The notes below the pieces were generated by a model. The model ran no database searches, was not told the origin of the DNA, and saw only the letters and a list, made by a program, of their open reading frames with translations. Made by a program: the position numbers and the translations under genes. Positions 1 through 15,599 of a stretch of 64,000 bases of DNA are shown here, one piece after another. Numbering within the stretch: position 1 is the stretch's first letter; each line of letters opens with the position of its first letter. This DNA is from the human T2T-CHM13v2.0 reference genome, Homo sapiens, in the NCBI RefSeq assembly GCF_009914755.1, contig NC_060925.1, one strand, 5' to 3'.

Positions 1-124
1 GAGCGAGACTTCGTCTCAAAAAAAAAGATAGTAATACTTTGAAAAAAAAAAAAAAAAGGATCAGTAACAGTGCTGAGCCACCTCATATTGGAGTCTGAGG
101 CAAAAGGAAAAATGGCATTTAAAA

Positions 125-1075
<951 letters not shown>

Positions 1076-1182
1076 CTGGGTCAGCGCCTCCTTCCCTTTT
1101 ATGGTCACATAATGTTCCCACCATAATTTTCCTTTGCAGTGACTTTGAAATCTTAAAATGCTGCATTGAAATATTACCTGGA

Positions 1183-1445
1183 CAGTCTGGGCAACATAGT
1201 CAGACCCCATCTCTAAAAAAATAAAATTAAAAATTAGCCAGGTGTGGTGGCATGCACCGGTAGTTCCAGCTACTCGGGAGGCTGAGGTGGGAGGATCACT
1301 TGAGCCCGGGAGGATCACTTGAGCCCAGGGGGCTGAGGCTGCAGTGGGCTGAGATTGTGCCACTGCACTCCAGCCTGGGCAACAGAGCAAGACCCTGTCT
1401 CAAAAAAAAAAAAAAAGAAAAGAGAAAAGAAAGAAAGAAAAGAAA
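1183..1445 (+). mobile_element. AluJ-type partial SINE with an internal 19-bp tandem duplication (1289-1326)
   Basis: GGGAGGATCACTTGAGCCC occurs twice in tandem; A-rich tail. Confidence 0.85.
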
Positions 1446-2043
1446 TGTGACCTGGATTACTGAGTTTCTCTCTCTCCCTTTTAATCTCATGCCTCAGTTG
1501 CCTCCCCCAGGCCTGGGCCTGATTTGTTTTAGGGAGTTTGGAGTCTGACAAGTTCTGCTGGGCTGGCCCTGAGCACAGCCCTTCTGATGGGGGGAAGCCG
1601 CAGGGGAGGCCCAGGCTCCCAGGTCACAGCAATGCCCACTCACGCAGCACCTTGCAGGCCGGCTGGTGCTGGGGGAGCCCAGTGAGGGAAAGCCATGCCA
1701 CCGCTCCCCACCGTCACTCTGCACAGACCACACTCTCAGCCACTGTCCCCCAGCATGGCATGCAGGGGAGGGAGAGTGAGTGACGTGCCCAAGCTGGAGG
1801 CCACGAGGACCTTGGAGCCTCGGACAGAGGACCAGCGGCTGTCATGTGCAGAGGACTTTGGGGGTGTAGGGCAGGTCCCATCCTGGATGAAGGTGAAGGA
1901 GGGGATGGCAGGAGTGGAGCGGTCGCCTGGCTGGGCAGATTGGTTTTCTTTGGGTGAGAGGATGGGGAAGAGCTCAAGTGCTGAGCGGGGAAAGTGTCTC
2001 CCGCCACCTCGGCCCGTGGGAGCTCAGCCCTCTGCCCCATTAG

Positions 2044-2517
<474 letters not shown>

Positions 2518-2672
2518 CATCGCGGAGCCTCGACTCTGGACACGCGCCTGCACCTGGGGGTCTGGAGCAGGCCGACCAGTGAGGACCAAAGGGCCTTGTT
2601 GGACAGGGGGACAGGCTGCCTACTGGAATGTAAATATGTGATAAAATAATAAATGACAGCGGCAAAGCCTAT
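2518..2672 (+). other. SLC45A1: SLC45A1 3'UTR (short; end approximate)
   Basis: Runs from the stop to ~20 nt past AATAAA; contains TGTAAATA (2629-2636). Confidence 0.7.
2648..2653 (+). terminator. SLC45A1: Polyadenylation signal AATAAA of SLC45A1
   Basis: Canonical hexamer 130 nt after the stop, with an upstream TGTA and GT/T-rich sequence downstream. Confidence 0.8.
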
Positions 2673-2789
2673 GGTTTCTAGGCATTGCTCTCTGGTGGCT
2701 GAGAGGTCCCCATGGGATTGAGTTACCCTCCTGAGGACTCGGGCAGGGGAGGTTTGTAAGAATCTTTTTTTGAAAGTAAAGGTGTAATT

Positions 2790-2981
2790 CAATGGTTCTC
2801 AACCAGGGGCAATTTTGCCACCCCACCCCCACCCCCAGGAAGACATCTGGCAAAGTCTGGAGATAGCTTTGGTTGTCACAACTCGGGGATGCTGTAAACC
2901 TCCCACGGCACACAGGACCGCCCCAACAGCAAGGAGCTAGCAAGACCCAGCTGTCAATTGTGCTGAGGTAGAGTGAGCCTG
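2790..2981 (+). mobile_element. MER20-like hAT-Charlie DNA transposon fossil
   Basis: caatggttctcaacc...gacatctggcaaagtctggaga...ggttgtcacaact...tgtcaattgtgctgagg. Confidence 0.8.
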
Positions 2982-3060
2982 GTCTAACTGGACCATACAT
3001 TCTGTACATTGCATCCCAGGGTAGAGTCACAGTATACAGGTCTTTTGGATCAGAAGGCCT

Positions 3061-4045
3061 CATATTCATTCACTTGTCCATTCATCCATTTATTCTCTCA
3101 TCCATTCATTCATCTACCCATCCGCATATCCACCCATCCACATAACCATCCATCCACTCATCCAAATATCCTCCCATCCAAATATCCACTCATCTATATA
3201 TCCATCCATCTACATACCCACCCATTCATCCGTCCACATAACCATCCGTCCACTCATCCAAATATCCACCCATCTGAATATCTACTCATCTATATATCCA
3301 TCCATCCACATATCCACCCATCCACCCATCTAAATATCCACTTCTCCATATATCCATCCATCCATCCATCCATCCATCCATCCATCCATCCATCCATCCA
3401 TCCACATATCCACCCATCCACCCATCCAAATATCCACTTCTCCATATATACATCCATCCATCTATCCATCCATCCATCCACATATCCACCCATCCACCCA
3501 TCCAAATATCCACTTCTCCTTAGATACATCCATCCATCTATCCATCCATCCACCCATCTAAATATCCACTTCTCCATATATCCATCCATCCGTCCACCCA
3601 TCCATCCATCCATCCATCTATCCATCCATCCACCCATCTAAATATCCACTTCTTCATATATCCATCCATCCACCCATCCATCCATCCATCCATCCATCCA
3701 TCCATCCATCCACATATCCAGCCATCCACCCATCCAAATATCCACTTCTCCATATATCCATCCATCCACATATCCACCCATCCGTCCATCCACATAACCA
3801 TCCATCCACTCATCCAAATATTTACCCATCTGAATATCCACTCATCCACAAAACCATCCATCCACACATCCACCCATCTACCCATCCACATAACCATCCA
3901 TCTACTCATCCAAATATCCACCTATCCGAATATCCACTCATCCATATATCCATCCATCCACATGTCCACCCATCTACCCATCCAAATATCCATTTCTCCA
4001 TCCATCCATCCTTCCACCCATCCTCTTATCCACTCATCCACCCTC
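3061..4045. repeat. Complex (CATC/TCCA)n low-complexity tandem repeat with higher-order units
   Basis: Direct reading; AAATATCCACTTCT recurs at 3332, 3428, 3504, 3560, 3640 and 3736. Confidence 0.95.
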
Positions 4046-6012
4046 CAGATATCCAGCGAGTGCCTGGGTGTGGCAGACAGTGGTTGGCCTGGGAATCCAG
4101 CTGTAAGTGTCCACTCTGCCCTGCTGGAACTGATGTGAGAGGAAGGGAGACACATGGCTCACTGAGGTTCCGTGCAGCGCAAGCGCAGGGAAGGAGGACA
4201 GGGCGACAGCAGCGTGTCTGGGTGGCCTCAGTAGTGAGGTGCCGTTTGAGCAGTGTCCTGATGAAGCCAGGGAGTGATCTCTGAAGTGAGCACTTGCTTG
4301 ACAGGCTCGAGGGAGCATAGGCACCAAGATGCTCAGATTGTAAAATGCCCCAAAAGTTGAAATCTCAAAGAGTTTGGAGCTGATGTGGCTGGCCAGCGCC
4401 CATCCTGCCTTTTGACTCCACAGGCAGGGACTAGGGGCTGGAGGGCGAGGTTCGGGTCATTCTTCCCCCTCCATCCGCCAAGGGTTCATTCCACAGATGG
4501 ACACCATGTGCCTGCTGCGTGCAGGCGTCGCTGGGCCTGGGTCTGCCCGGGCTGTGCCCACTGCCTCCCAGTGCCCCTTTGTGGATCTGGCAAAGCTCTC
4601 GTGAGTGTGGCAGTCCCTCGCCATCTGGCCTCTGACCATCTTCGTCACCTGACGCTGGAAGCTCACCAAGGCCCCTTCTCAGAGGCCTGGGAGGGCTCCT
4701 CCACGCATGGTGATTAATGGCCATGAGGGGTCACGGCCGGGTCCCTGTTGTCGCCAAGCTGGGCCTGGTCTGGGATTGTGCAGCCCCCAGTTCCCTCACT
4801 GCATGGGCCCTGTGTTCTGGGGACATATAAGACATCCCTGACCACAAATCCACAACAAACAACAGGGGTTCTGGGGCCTGTTGCCAGCCTTGGGGAGTCT
4901 GGCGTTCATGACAGTGTCTTATCATCTTGCTGTGACCACTTAGGGCCAGTCAGAAAGGCTACCTCCCCACCTGGGCCACAGCCTCCCTCCCAACCACGGC
5001 CTCCCCACCTTGGTTATGATTTTCCCACCTGAGCCCCGGCCTCCCCCATGGGCCATAGCCTTCCTCAGTGTCACTGCCTGCTGCCTCCTGGAGCCCCACC
5101 ACTCCTCTCTGCGCCCCTGCTGGACTCCTGGCCTCCTGTCTACCCTCACATCCATCTTCCACCCTGAAGCTGGGGGGCTGTAAACACGGGCCTGAGCCCA
5201 TCCCCTCTTCTAGTCTTCCATGACACCTACCCTGGCTCCCCAGACCCTAAGGAATCAGGTAGAAATTCCTTCCACCAAACAGAGCCCAGCCCATCTTCCC
5301 GAGCCAGCCACCCGCCACGTTGCCAGCCCCCTGTACTACAGCCACAGAACCTTTGTGGGCCACAATCGGTTCCTGTGTTTAGGATCTTCCTGCAGGCCAA
5401 GTCCACCTCTTCTCTGCCCATCAATATCTGATTCATCCATGTAGACCTGTCTGAAATGCCACTTCCTCCGTGCAGTCCACCCTGCTTGGAGCCAGTGATT
5501 CTTTCCCTGTGCTTTCATGTGATGCTGCTTTACCCTTCATGGTCATGAGCTCAGTGAAGCGGGTCTCACGGTCCCTGATACACATGTAGCTGAAGCACAG
5601 AGAGGTTTAGTGGCTTTTCAAAGTCACACCGCTCCTTTGAGCCTCTGTAGACTCAGGCCCTGTTAGTCCCATGCTTTTCCTGGAACTGCAGACTTACCCT
5701 CCCCACATTTATGTTGTTTGGAAGAGCTTCAGACTTCCTAGAAAATGTGGTGTTGGGTGGCTGTCCTCTGGTCTGGGCTGTCTTTGCCCAGAACTGGTCA
5801 AAATGAAGAATAAGGGGCTTCCCGCTTACTCTTGGCTTGTCAAATCTTAGGCCCTCTTCCTAGAACTTTCTAACAAAACACAGATTGCTTCTACACGTGG
5901 GAATCGTCCCTGTCAGCCTCTCTTTTCTGAGAACCTGCCCTGCCTCCCGAACTGTGGGAGTACTGCCCTCTGGCCGGGTCCGAAAAGCTGCCCTTGACTT
6001 CCAGGTCTATTC

Positions 6013-6026
6013 CTAGCAGATGGCAG
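6013..6026 (+). promoter_or_regulatory. Candidate CTCF motif CTAGCAGATGGCAG
   Basis: 13/14 match to CCASYAGRKGGCRS; motif only, no binding data. Confidence 0.45.
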
Positions 6027-6137
6027 TGGGAGCAGCCACCAGCTCCAAACCACGAGGCCTAGGATTCACTGAGAGCCACATTCGTTTGACTTTCACATCT
6101 CAGAGAGGATTTCTCTCTACTTAAAAATCAAGCTGTG

Positions 6138-6558
<421 letters not shown>

Positions 6559-8001
6559 TCATTCCCCCATTTGACAGATCTGGATCCTGAGGCAAGCACA
6601 CCCAGTACCTGGCCCACGTCACAACAGGGTGGAGTTTGAGCCCGGGGAGTCTGAGTCCAGCCTCATGCCGCTGAGTGCCTTAGGAGCGCTGTGAGCCGGC
6701 CAAGCCCCTGAGGGCGGGCAGCTTCCTGCCCGTCTGTCTCCTGAACACTGTGCTGCTGCAGGGAGGCCTTCTCGCTCCCCAGGGCTCGCTCCCCAGGGAG
6801 CTCAGCTTGGAGGGAGCTTCTCATCCTATTCAGAGGCGAGGGGACAGCGGGAGAAGGCCTCTTGCTTTATCGATCAGCGCTCTGTGAGACTCATGCTTCT
6901 CAGGCCACTCAAAACAAAAACCACATCACCAAGATCTGAAGCCACTCCTGACTTTCCTGTCAGCAAACTTGGAAAGTGGCTCCCATTCCTTGATGCCACT
7001 CAGAAACGAAACACACCTAACAGCCATCGAGCACTGCCCACAGCACTTAGCATGGAAACTGAACGTCATCAAAGGAATTGCCCTAGAGGTCATCGCCTCC
7101 CTGGGTTTTGTGTTTCTTCCTCCCTAGGCTGTTGGGCTAACCCTGGACCATTCCCTGGGGAACCGGGACAGGGTAAGGTGGCATTCCCTGGAGAACCGGG
7201 AACCGGGACCCGGTAAGGTGGCATTCCTACACTCACCAGGCTGGGCTACAGGTTTCTGGGGGAACAGGGATGATTTCCCTGGAATATGCAAGAACTGACA
7301 ATTGCCTGGCCCCCCCGCAGTCGGGAGGTCCTGGCCCTCCCTGCACCTGCTCAGAGTGTGTCTGCAGAATCCACTCGGGTGCGTGGGGCGTGACGTATCA
7401 TCCTCAGCGGGGAGCGGGTGGAGGGCATCCGTAGAGGGAAGGAGCAGGTGTCTGGAACTGGGGGTGGGTACTTTTGTGGCACACAAGGACCCCCAGCAGC
7501 TGCTCAGGGGGCTTGTCGGGGAGTGGGGGCGCGGTTAGTTATGGGAGTCATGATTCTTGGAAGTCATCCGCTGCTGATGCCATCCTGGGATTCTCTTCCA
7601 CACAAGGAACATTGAGTTCCTACCGGGTACCTCCCAAGCCTTGGGGGATGCAGCGGAGAACAGAAGAAACCTCCTGTTCTCTAGACAAGGCCTTTGCCCT
7701 CATTCTCACAGCCGTGCCCGCCCTGCCTGCCCACAGCCATCAGCCTCACCTGCCCACACTCAGCCCCCTCTTCCCAGCCATCTCCACAACCCGCTCTGCT
7801 GAGGCCTGTCCAGTTGCCTGATCTCTGACCCGCCTGTCCGGCCGCCTGCCTCGAGGAAACGTCGGATCTCTTACACAATGCTCGCTGTCAAACCCTCCAG
7901 CCTTCCCCACCATCGCCGGGGGCCTTGACTTGCCCCTACACCAGAGCTGCAGGTCTTGTGGCAGCCGCGGGCCCAGGGCAAGCACCTGGGCCTTGTAACG
8001 A

Positions 8002-8018
8002 CTGCCACCTGGTGGCCA
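8002..8018 (-). promoter_or_regulatory. Strong candidate CTCF motif TGGCCACCAGGTGGCAG
   Basis: Full match to the CTCF core consensus including the TGG lead-in; motif only, no binding data. Confidence 0.65.
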
Positions 8019-8476
8019 GGATGGGGATGGACTCTGTTCGACGGCTGCCCAGCAGCAGGGTCCAAGGGGATTGGGGGGTGGGGGGGACTGGGTGGTCACA
8101 TGCCCAGAAAACAGTGGGATAGGCAAGAAATGGCCTCAGGAATCCTCTCTGGGACAACTAAAAGGTGCTCTAAAAGCCTGTTTTTAATTTGCTCCAATGG
8201 ATACTCAAACCCTAGGGGTTCATCAGAAGCTGATCCCCCAAGCCCCATTCCCCACTTCTACGATGGTGTCAACCAGGGTTGGAGTCAGAGGGACTGCAGG
8301 GCCCACACGGCAGGCACAGTCAAGAGAATGTGAAGGGAGGGTCTCCAGGTGCCCAGCAGAGGCGTCCCTGGGAAGCCTTCCGAAGTCAACCCAAAAGGTC
8401 CTTCTATCTGGTCCTTCACACCCACTTTCCAATAGCACATCTGGACTGGCAGCAAGGAACCTTGCCCTGCAGGGCC

Positions 8477-8563
8477 CGTCCGTCCGTCCATCCGTCCGTC
8501 CGTCCATCCATCCATCCATCCATCCATCCATCCAGCAGGGTCCATCCACCCATCCATCCATCC
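8477..8563. repeat. (CCGT)n/(CCAT)n simple repeat
   Basis: Direct reading. Confidence 0.9.
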
Positions 8564-11244
8564 CTCCAATATCTGCAGAGCAAGTGCCTTCCACAAACTT
8601 GGTTCATTAAGAAGGGGCCCGGGTGCCTGTGCATACACAGAACTGGGCTGTGGGAGATACAGGGGGACTTCTGCAGCCTGGGTCCCTGAGGTGTCAAAAG
8701 GGAACAATGACCACTCTTGACAAAGACAGCCACTAGAGAAGCCACCTTGAGTTGGAGAAGCAGAGAACCAGGTCCCAGAACTTGAGTTGCCAAGGATTCC
8801 AGGGCAGCTAGGAACCCAGTGGGGATTCAGGTAAAGGACCTCAGATACCGAGACTGTCAAAGGCCGACAATGCCGCCTCCGAGAGGACCGGGTGAGGCAT
8901 CTGCAGCTGGAGCTCATCAGGGGCTGAGCAGGAGGCTGTTCCTGGCCCCCTGGGGATCCACGATGGATGCCAGCTCCAGCCAGGCCCCGCCTTCTAACGG
9001 GAGGTCCGGGAACCTTATGAACCAGAAAGGGCTTGCTTTATCCTGCAGCCCGTATCAGTCCAACCGGATGGCCAAATGTGCGGCTGCATCCCTTGGCTGG
9101 CTCATCTGGCAGATCCTCCTTAGGAGGAGGTAGGGAGGCCAAGGACCCCGCTGTTCCTCGGTCTCCATTGGGCAGCAGGAAGGGCCCCAGGGGTCCAGTG
9201 CAGGACAGACTTTTCCACTGGTTTTGGGGCCTGGCAGCTTCATCCCCAGTATCTGGGTAGCTGGTTCTGATTTCAAAGCTCTGAGTTCAGATATGTACCC
9301 AAGCCTTCTGGGCTGGTCAGGTGAGGCTGATGGTGGTCACTGAAGTCTGTGCTGGTGCCCAGTCACACTGCCCTGGGTCTCACCATGTGGTCAGGCTGGG
9401 GCTAGTGAGGGCTCTTAGCTCAGATGACGGCTCCCCACATCTCAGCTTCCACACAGAAGGGCTCTGGCCCTGACCCCCCCCCCACCCCCCCCCCCCCCCG
9501 CCACCACTCATCAGCTGATCACATCCACAATTGTATAGCTCACCAGTGCTGATTTTTGAGGGCCTGGAAGCTTGCAATCTCGTGTGTGTGTGGGAGGCCA
9601 CCGCTGATCTCTCCACGGTGCATCCTTGCCCTTCAGATGCGTGATCTTGACTTACCCAGGTGAGGCTTAAGTGAGGTCTCTCCCTCCCTAGACTTACCAT
9701 GGACAATTATCAACAATGCAGCCACACACCCAGCTGCACACCTACACTGTGCTGAGGCCCTGGGACTTACACCATGCCCTGCAAAGTGCCATCTTCCTAG
9801 CCCACCTGCAGTGGAACCAGCGGGGCTGCTGAGCCACCATGCTCAAGCTGAGGATGCGTTTCCAGGAACAAAGGGGCAGAGGGCACGTGGGACGTCGTTG
9901 GGGCAGCAAGAGGCGAGGGCCTGGCTTTGGGGTGCTGCTGGAGGACAGCACCATTTCCCTCCGCCCCGTCCACCCAGCAGATGTCTGGTTAGCATCCCGG
10001 CCCTCTTCCTCACATGGGTGCGTGGCAGAGTGGTGACAATGGCCACAGCTGTTCATGCCTGAGAAGCTGCCCAGCTCTGATGAGGCCTTGTTGTAGCATG
10101 AACCTACTATCTCCTCAAGACGCTTGGATCCAACCATTTAACCACACTGAAATCTACACTTCACAGACCTGTACCTGTTAAACCCTGCAGCTTCCTAAGG
10201 GGCACAGTCCCGGAGACCCACCAAGACAGCGCCTGGATTCCAGCCTCTCCCAGCCACCCCAGTGCCATCCTCTCACCCAAGACCTGGACTGAGAGCCACC
10301 TGGGGCTCCTGTGGCCAGCCTGCGGGCCCATCCCTGTGCCCTGGTCAGCCACGCTGCTGAGCAGGACCCCTGCTGTTCGCCTCAAGGGCCGTCATCGTGT
10401 GCGCCACTCGGGTCTTTGCATGGCGAAGCTTTCTCAGGTCCTGAGCGAGGCAGTGCCTGGTGCCTGCTGCTCCCCAAGTCTTTACCACGTGGCGGACCCT
10501 GCCTGGTTTGAGGACAGTTTACCAACAGTCAGCTTTCTGGGCTGCTCTTGCCCCATGTCTGCAAACACCTAGAAACTGATGGCCCTATCCCAGATGACAA
10601 AGGGTGGACACACATTTCCGGGGACAATCCTGAGGCTCCAGGAAAATGCCCTCAACAGGTTCTGAAGCCACAGCGCAATTCCAACGCCTGCCCCCCTGTG
10701 GCCATGTCCACACCCTGCAGGCTGCCTGCAGCCCCTTTGGAGGGTTAGAGCCCCTTAGGCCTGGGATGCATCCTCCACCTGGAGTGCAGCTCTAGAGCTG
10801 GGTGGCTGGGGGTGGGGTGTGGGGGCACTGGTAGGCCACGGGGAGGCAGATGGGGGCCAGGCAGGAGGCCGCTAGGATGGGGTGGTTCCGATGTGTCTCC
10901 TGAGCAGGCAGGGTGCCACATGCCCATACATGCTGGTAACGCCCACGGATTAGAGGTGTGGGGTGAATGGCAAGGGGTGGGGGAAGATGCTCTTAGTCCC
11001 AATGCCAGTGCCTGCTTAGGGCCCATCCCGCTGCTTGGGGAGCCTCCAAAGAAAGACAGCACCCTCACCAGGGAAAGCCTCTTCCCAGACAGAGGATGTT
11101 TCTGGAAGCCACTCTGGGATGCAAACAGGGTCCCGAGCAGCAGGGAACAGCCGACTCTCCCTCTGTCCCTTCCCCACCTGGGGTAACAGCCAGGATCCCC
11201 GCCCACTCTCCAGGAATGAGACAGTGCACGGGAGACACCCAAGG

Positions 11245-13928
11245 GTTGTAGTGTAGCTTGGTTTTATTTATGTCCACAAATATTTCAAAAAAATTACAAA
11301 ATACTCAAATGGAGAGAACACAGAAGTCACGATTTCTGGGTGTCTACTGTTTACACTGTGTTATCTCATGGCAAACTACTCATATATACATTTAGCTTCA
11401 AGATATATAGAAACGTAGCAAATCCGAGTGTGCACGCTGCCTCTGCCGCAGTGGAGTGAAGCTCAACCTCGAGGACACCGAACAAGATACGGACACACAC
11501 AGAGGAGCCAAACCAAACCCCGAACAAAGGGAGGAAAATCCGAAGGAAACCGAGTGGTTGGGCTTCAAAGACACCATGAAGGTCAGGGCCTCCTAAACAA
11601 ACTGTAGTTTATCTGGTGAGGGTTTCGGGTCGAGGGTTTTTTAGATGGAAGAATCTCAGCGCTTCGCCTTGGGATATGGGGAGAAAAGCAAAGCTAACAA
11701 GAATGCCTTCGGACGGCTTTCAAGCACAGACCTCAGAGGACTCGACTCTTCTTTGGAAAAATGGATGCCAAAGGAGGAGATAAAGAAGGTTTAACTGAAT
11801 GGTAGATGTTGTGTTCTACCAAAAAGAAAGAAAAACCAGAAGCCGAGAAGGTGGGGGCCTGGATGCAGGAGTCTGGGAGCCCAGCAGGAAGAGGCCTCGC
11901 TCAGAGCCACGGGAACAAGCCTGCCATGAGGGCCTGTCCCCACCCCAGAAGGAAACGAATGCCTTCAAGCCAATGTGGCCTGAAGTCCCACGACAAAAGG
12001 TTCATGTCAGCTTTGCCTCCCTGTGAACAAACTAAAGTTAAGGCAGAAATGGAATGAGAGAAAAATGAAAGAAAAAAAACTAGAAACATTTTCAACAGAC
12101 AAAACAAGCCTATCCCAACTGAAACCAAACACGGTTTTTAAGAGAAACTGGAAATGTCGCTATTTGACGCCAGAACCTGAATTTGAGCCAGTAGCTGCTG
12201 GTTTCTAGATCAAACTATCAGCATCTCTTCCTGCTCCCTCTGCGGCCTGGGTCCTGGATGGACTTTGTGTCCGCCGACCCAGTGTGGTCTCTGTCCTACA
12301 ATTCTTGGGATGGGACCAGCACAATGGCAGAAGAGACCTCCAGTGTCTGAGAGAAAAGGATCGGAAGAGGCCACGTCCTGGCAGGAAGCAGGGCCGACAG
12401 AGGGCAGACACCCCAGAACACCCGCCCTCAGCCTGGGAGAAAGTGCGTTACGGCTGCAGCCTGGAAACGAGGGCAGGCTCTCTCCAGGACGGTTCCGCTC
12501 AGAAGGGCCTGGCCTCCTGAGAAGCAGCCCCCACACAGCATGCTTTCTGAATGCACTGTGGGTGGGACTCCAGTTCCCACTTCCAGGATGAAGAGTGGGA
12601 CTCAAATGGTTTACCAGTGCAATGTGGGGTCACCATGCAGACCTGCCCCTAGGGTAAAATACAGGCTGCCCCCAACACCTGTCTTAACTCCAGGATCTCC
12701 CTTGCTCAAAAGTGGCCTCAATCTGTGGCAAGAAAGATGGGGCCGTCCTCACCACAAGATCCAAGTGACAATGCGCATGAGAAGGCAGCCTTCTAACACA
12801 TCCCTTTGGCAGGCATATGTCCTGGGTCACTTGTGTGCTGAGTTATTTGTATGGAATCATTTTCTTAGATGATGAAATTTTCGGAGTATTAAAAAAGACA
12901 TTCATCCAGAACAATCAAGTGTGTGTACACAGAAATCTAGAAGGAAATCTACAATGGACACAGGCCCATGCGCTTTCCATCCCGTGGAAACAGAACAGTG
13001 ACACTGGAGAACAGAAAGTGAACATTCACCTCCTGCACTCCCTGTGCAAAATGGAAGAGGTCTGATGGAGCAGATGTCTGTGCTGCTGGCAGAGCACAGG
13101 CTAGGAGCAGACACAAGTGAAACGCCAGGCAGAAAACAGAGTCTGTAACATCGTCCCTGCAAACCCTGGATGCTCGCTGCTGTGACCAGGCCTCGGTCCA
13201 AGCCTCTGTCCATGTGGAACGCCCCTTTGCTCCCTTTAATTAAAGGGATAATTATATATAACTTTTTATTAAAAAATCAACTCTGTATTCTGTCAATAGT
13301 TGGTAGGAATTCACAATTAGTGACATGGCTGGAAAAAATAGATCACAATAGTAGTTTATGGAAGAAAAAAAGGCTGTTCTAAAATTATTTATTTACAGAC
13401 GTAAAAAGCCATGCTGCAGAACTTTCTCCAATTATGAAGATTTCCTACAATGTATTAAAATAAAAGATTTTTTTTTTTAAAAATTATAGCTCTTGGATTC
13501 CAAATTCCTATGCCCCCGATCTGCAAGCCTCGTGGGCTCTGGAGCACTCGTGGCGGAGTGTGTCAGTGTGTCTGCACGCACAGTGAAGGGTGTGAACTGG
13601 ATTCTAGCACCTACTGAGAAATCAAGGAAAAGAAAACTAAAGCCAAACCCCAAGATTGCAGGGAAGCTTTCTGGATGTTCAGTCCAGTCCAGGACTCACT
13701 AAGTTTCTGGGGGACTGTCATGCAGGGAGATCCAAACCAGTCTCAGGAAATCCTCTCGACAAACGAACACTACTATGTGGATACATTTTTAGTTGTGGGT
13801 TTTTAAATATATAAAGAAATCTTTAGAAGATATTCTTTTTGCTTTTGCAGCTCCTATTTTATGTAAAAAGTCCTGTTTCTCCCCCCAAGAACTGGGGTTT
13901 CCACAGCCAGCGTTAACAAATAAATAAC
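11245..13928 (-). other. RERE: RERE 3'UTR (~2.7 kb; distal end approximate)
   Basis: Runs from the TAA at 13929-13931 to just past the AATAAA at 11268-11263; has AU-rich blocks and no obvious interspersed repeat. Confidence 0.8.
11263..11268 (-). terminator. RERE: Distal polyadenylation signal AATAAA of RERE
   Basis: TTTATT on +. Composition shifts from AU-rich UTR to GC-rich intergenic sequence here; upstream TGTA elements present. Confidence 0.8.
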
Positions 13929-13962
13929 TTATAACTGCTTGTCACCTTCTTTCTTCAGTCGA
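13929..13962 (-). CDS. RERE: RERE terminal coding exon ((S)RLKKEGDKQL*)
   Basis: Acceptor ctttccAG (13964-13963); T CGA CTG AAG AAA GAA GGT GAC AAG CAG TTA TAA. Confidence 0.95.
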
Positions 13963-14259
13963 CTGGAAAGACAAAACAGGAAAGCGTATTTAGTCTCAGG
14001 CCTAGGCAGGCAGTCACGCAGGCTGGAGGCAACCCCAAAGACAACAGCCAGGCAATCCAACCCCAAGCCCGCAGCCTCCTGTGTAGCTGACCTACCCTCC
14101 CAACACCTCCCTTCCTCTGTTTCTCCCATCACCATGGTTCCACAATGTCCCCTCCAGGGCCCAGCAGGCAGAGGGGGAGGAGCCTGGCCCTGGGCACACG
14201 GGGAGGTTGGGAGCCTGGGCTCAGATAACCCCTCCACTCCCTCCCAGCACCCCACCTCA

Positions 14260-15176
<917 letters not shown>

Positions 15177-15599
15177 TCACCCAGGATGGCTCCTGGTCAC
15201 CAGGGCTGGATGCACCACCTGGCTACAGGTGGCCCTGCCCCAAAGTGGCTGCCTCCACCTTCAGCAAGAGCTCCAGAGGCCGAGAGAAGTGACGAGCCCA
15301 CCGCTGATGCAGGCACTCCCTCGTCCGCTTGTGGAGTGCCCCTAACAGGCAATCCCAGGCCAGTTTTGTCGAGGACCCGGGATCAGCAGGGTCCCTCTCG
15401 CCGGCCACCTGGGCCTGCCCTCTGCCTGTCAGGTCACAGGAACACACAGCCTTGCGCCAGTGGGTGTTGGGCTGGCACCCCCTGCCCAGGGCTGTCTCCC
15501 TGCTCTTCACTCGCAGAACCTAAAGGAGGCCAGCAGAGTGGGTGGCGCAGAATGGGGACCTGGCACAGCACTGCCCTCTCCTCTCTGCTGGCACAAATC

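Noticed and set aside
3009-3921. His/Pro/Ser/Ile-rich 210-aa ORF and MDGW-repeat ORFs
   Set aside because: Translation artefacts of the (CATC)n repeat.
11245-13928. Specific miRNA target sites in the RERE 3'UTR
   Set aside because: I could not establish convincing 7-8mer seeds by eye; a TargetScan-type analysis is needed.
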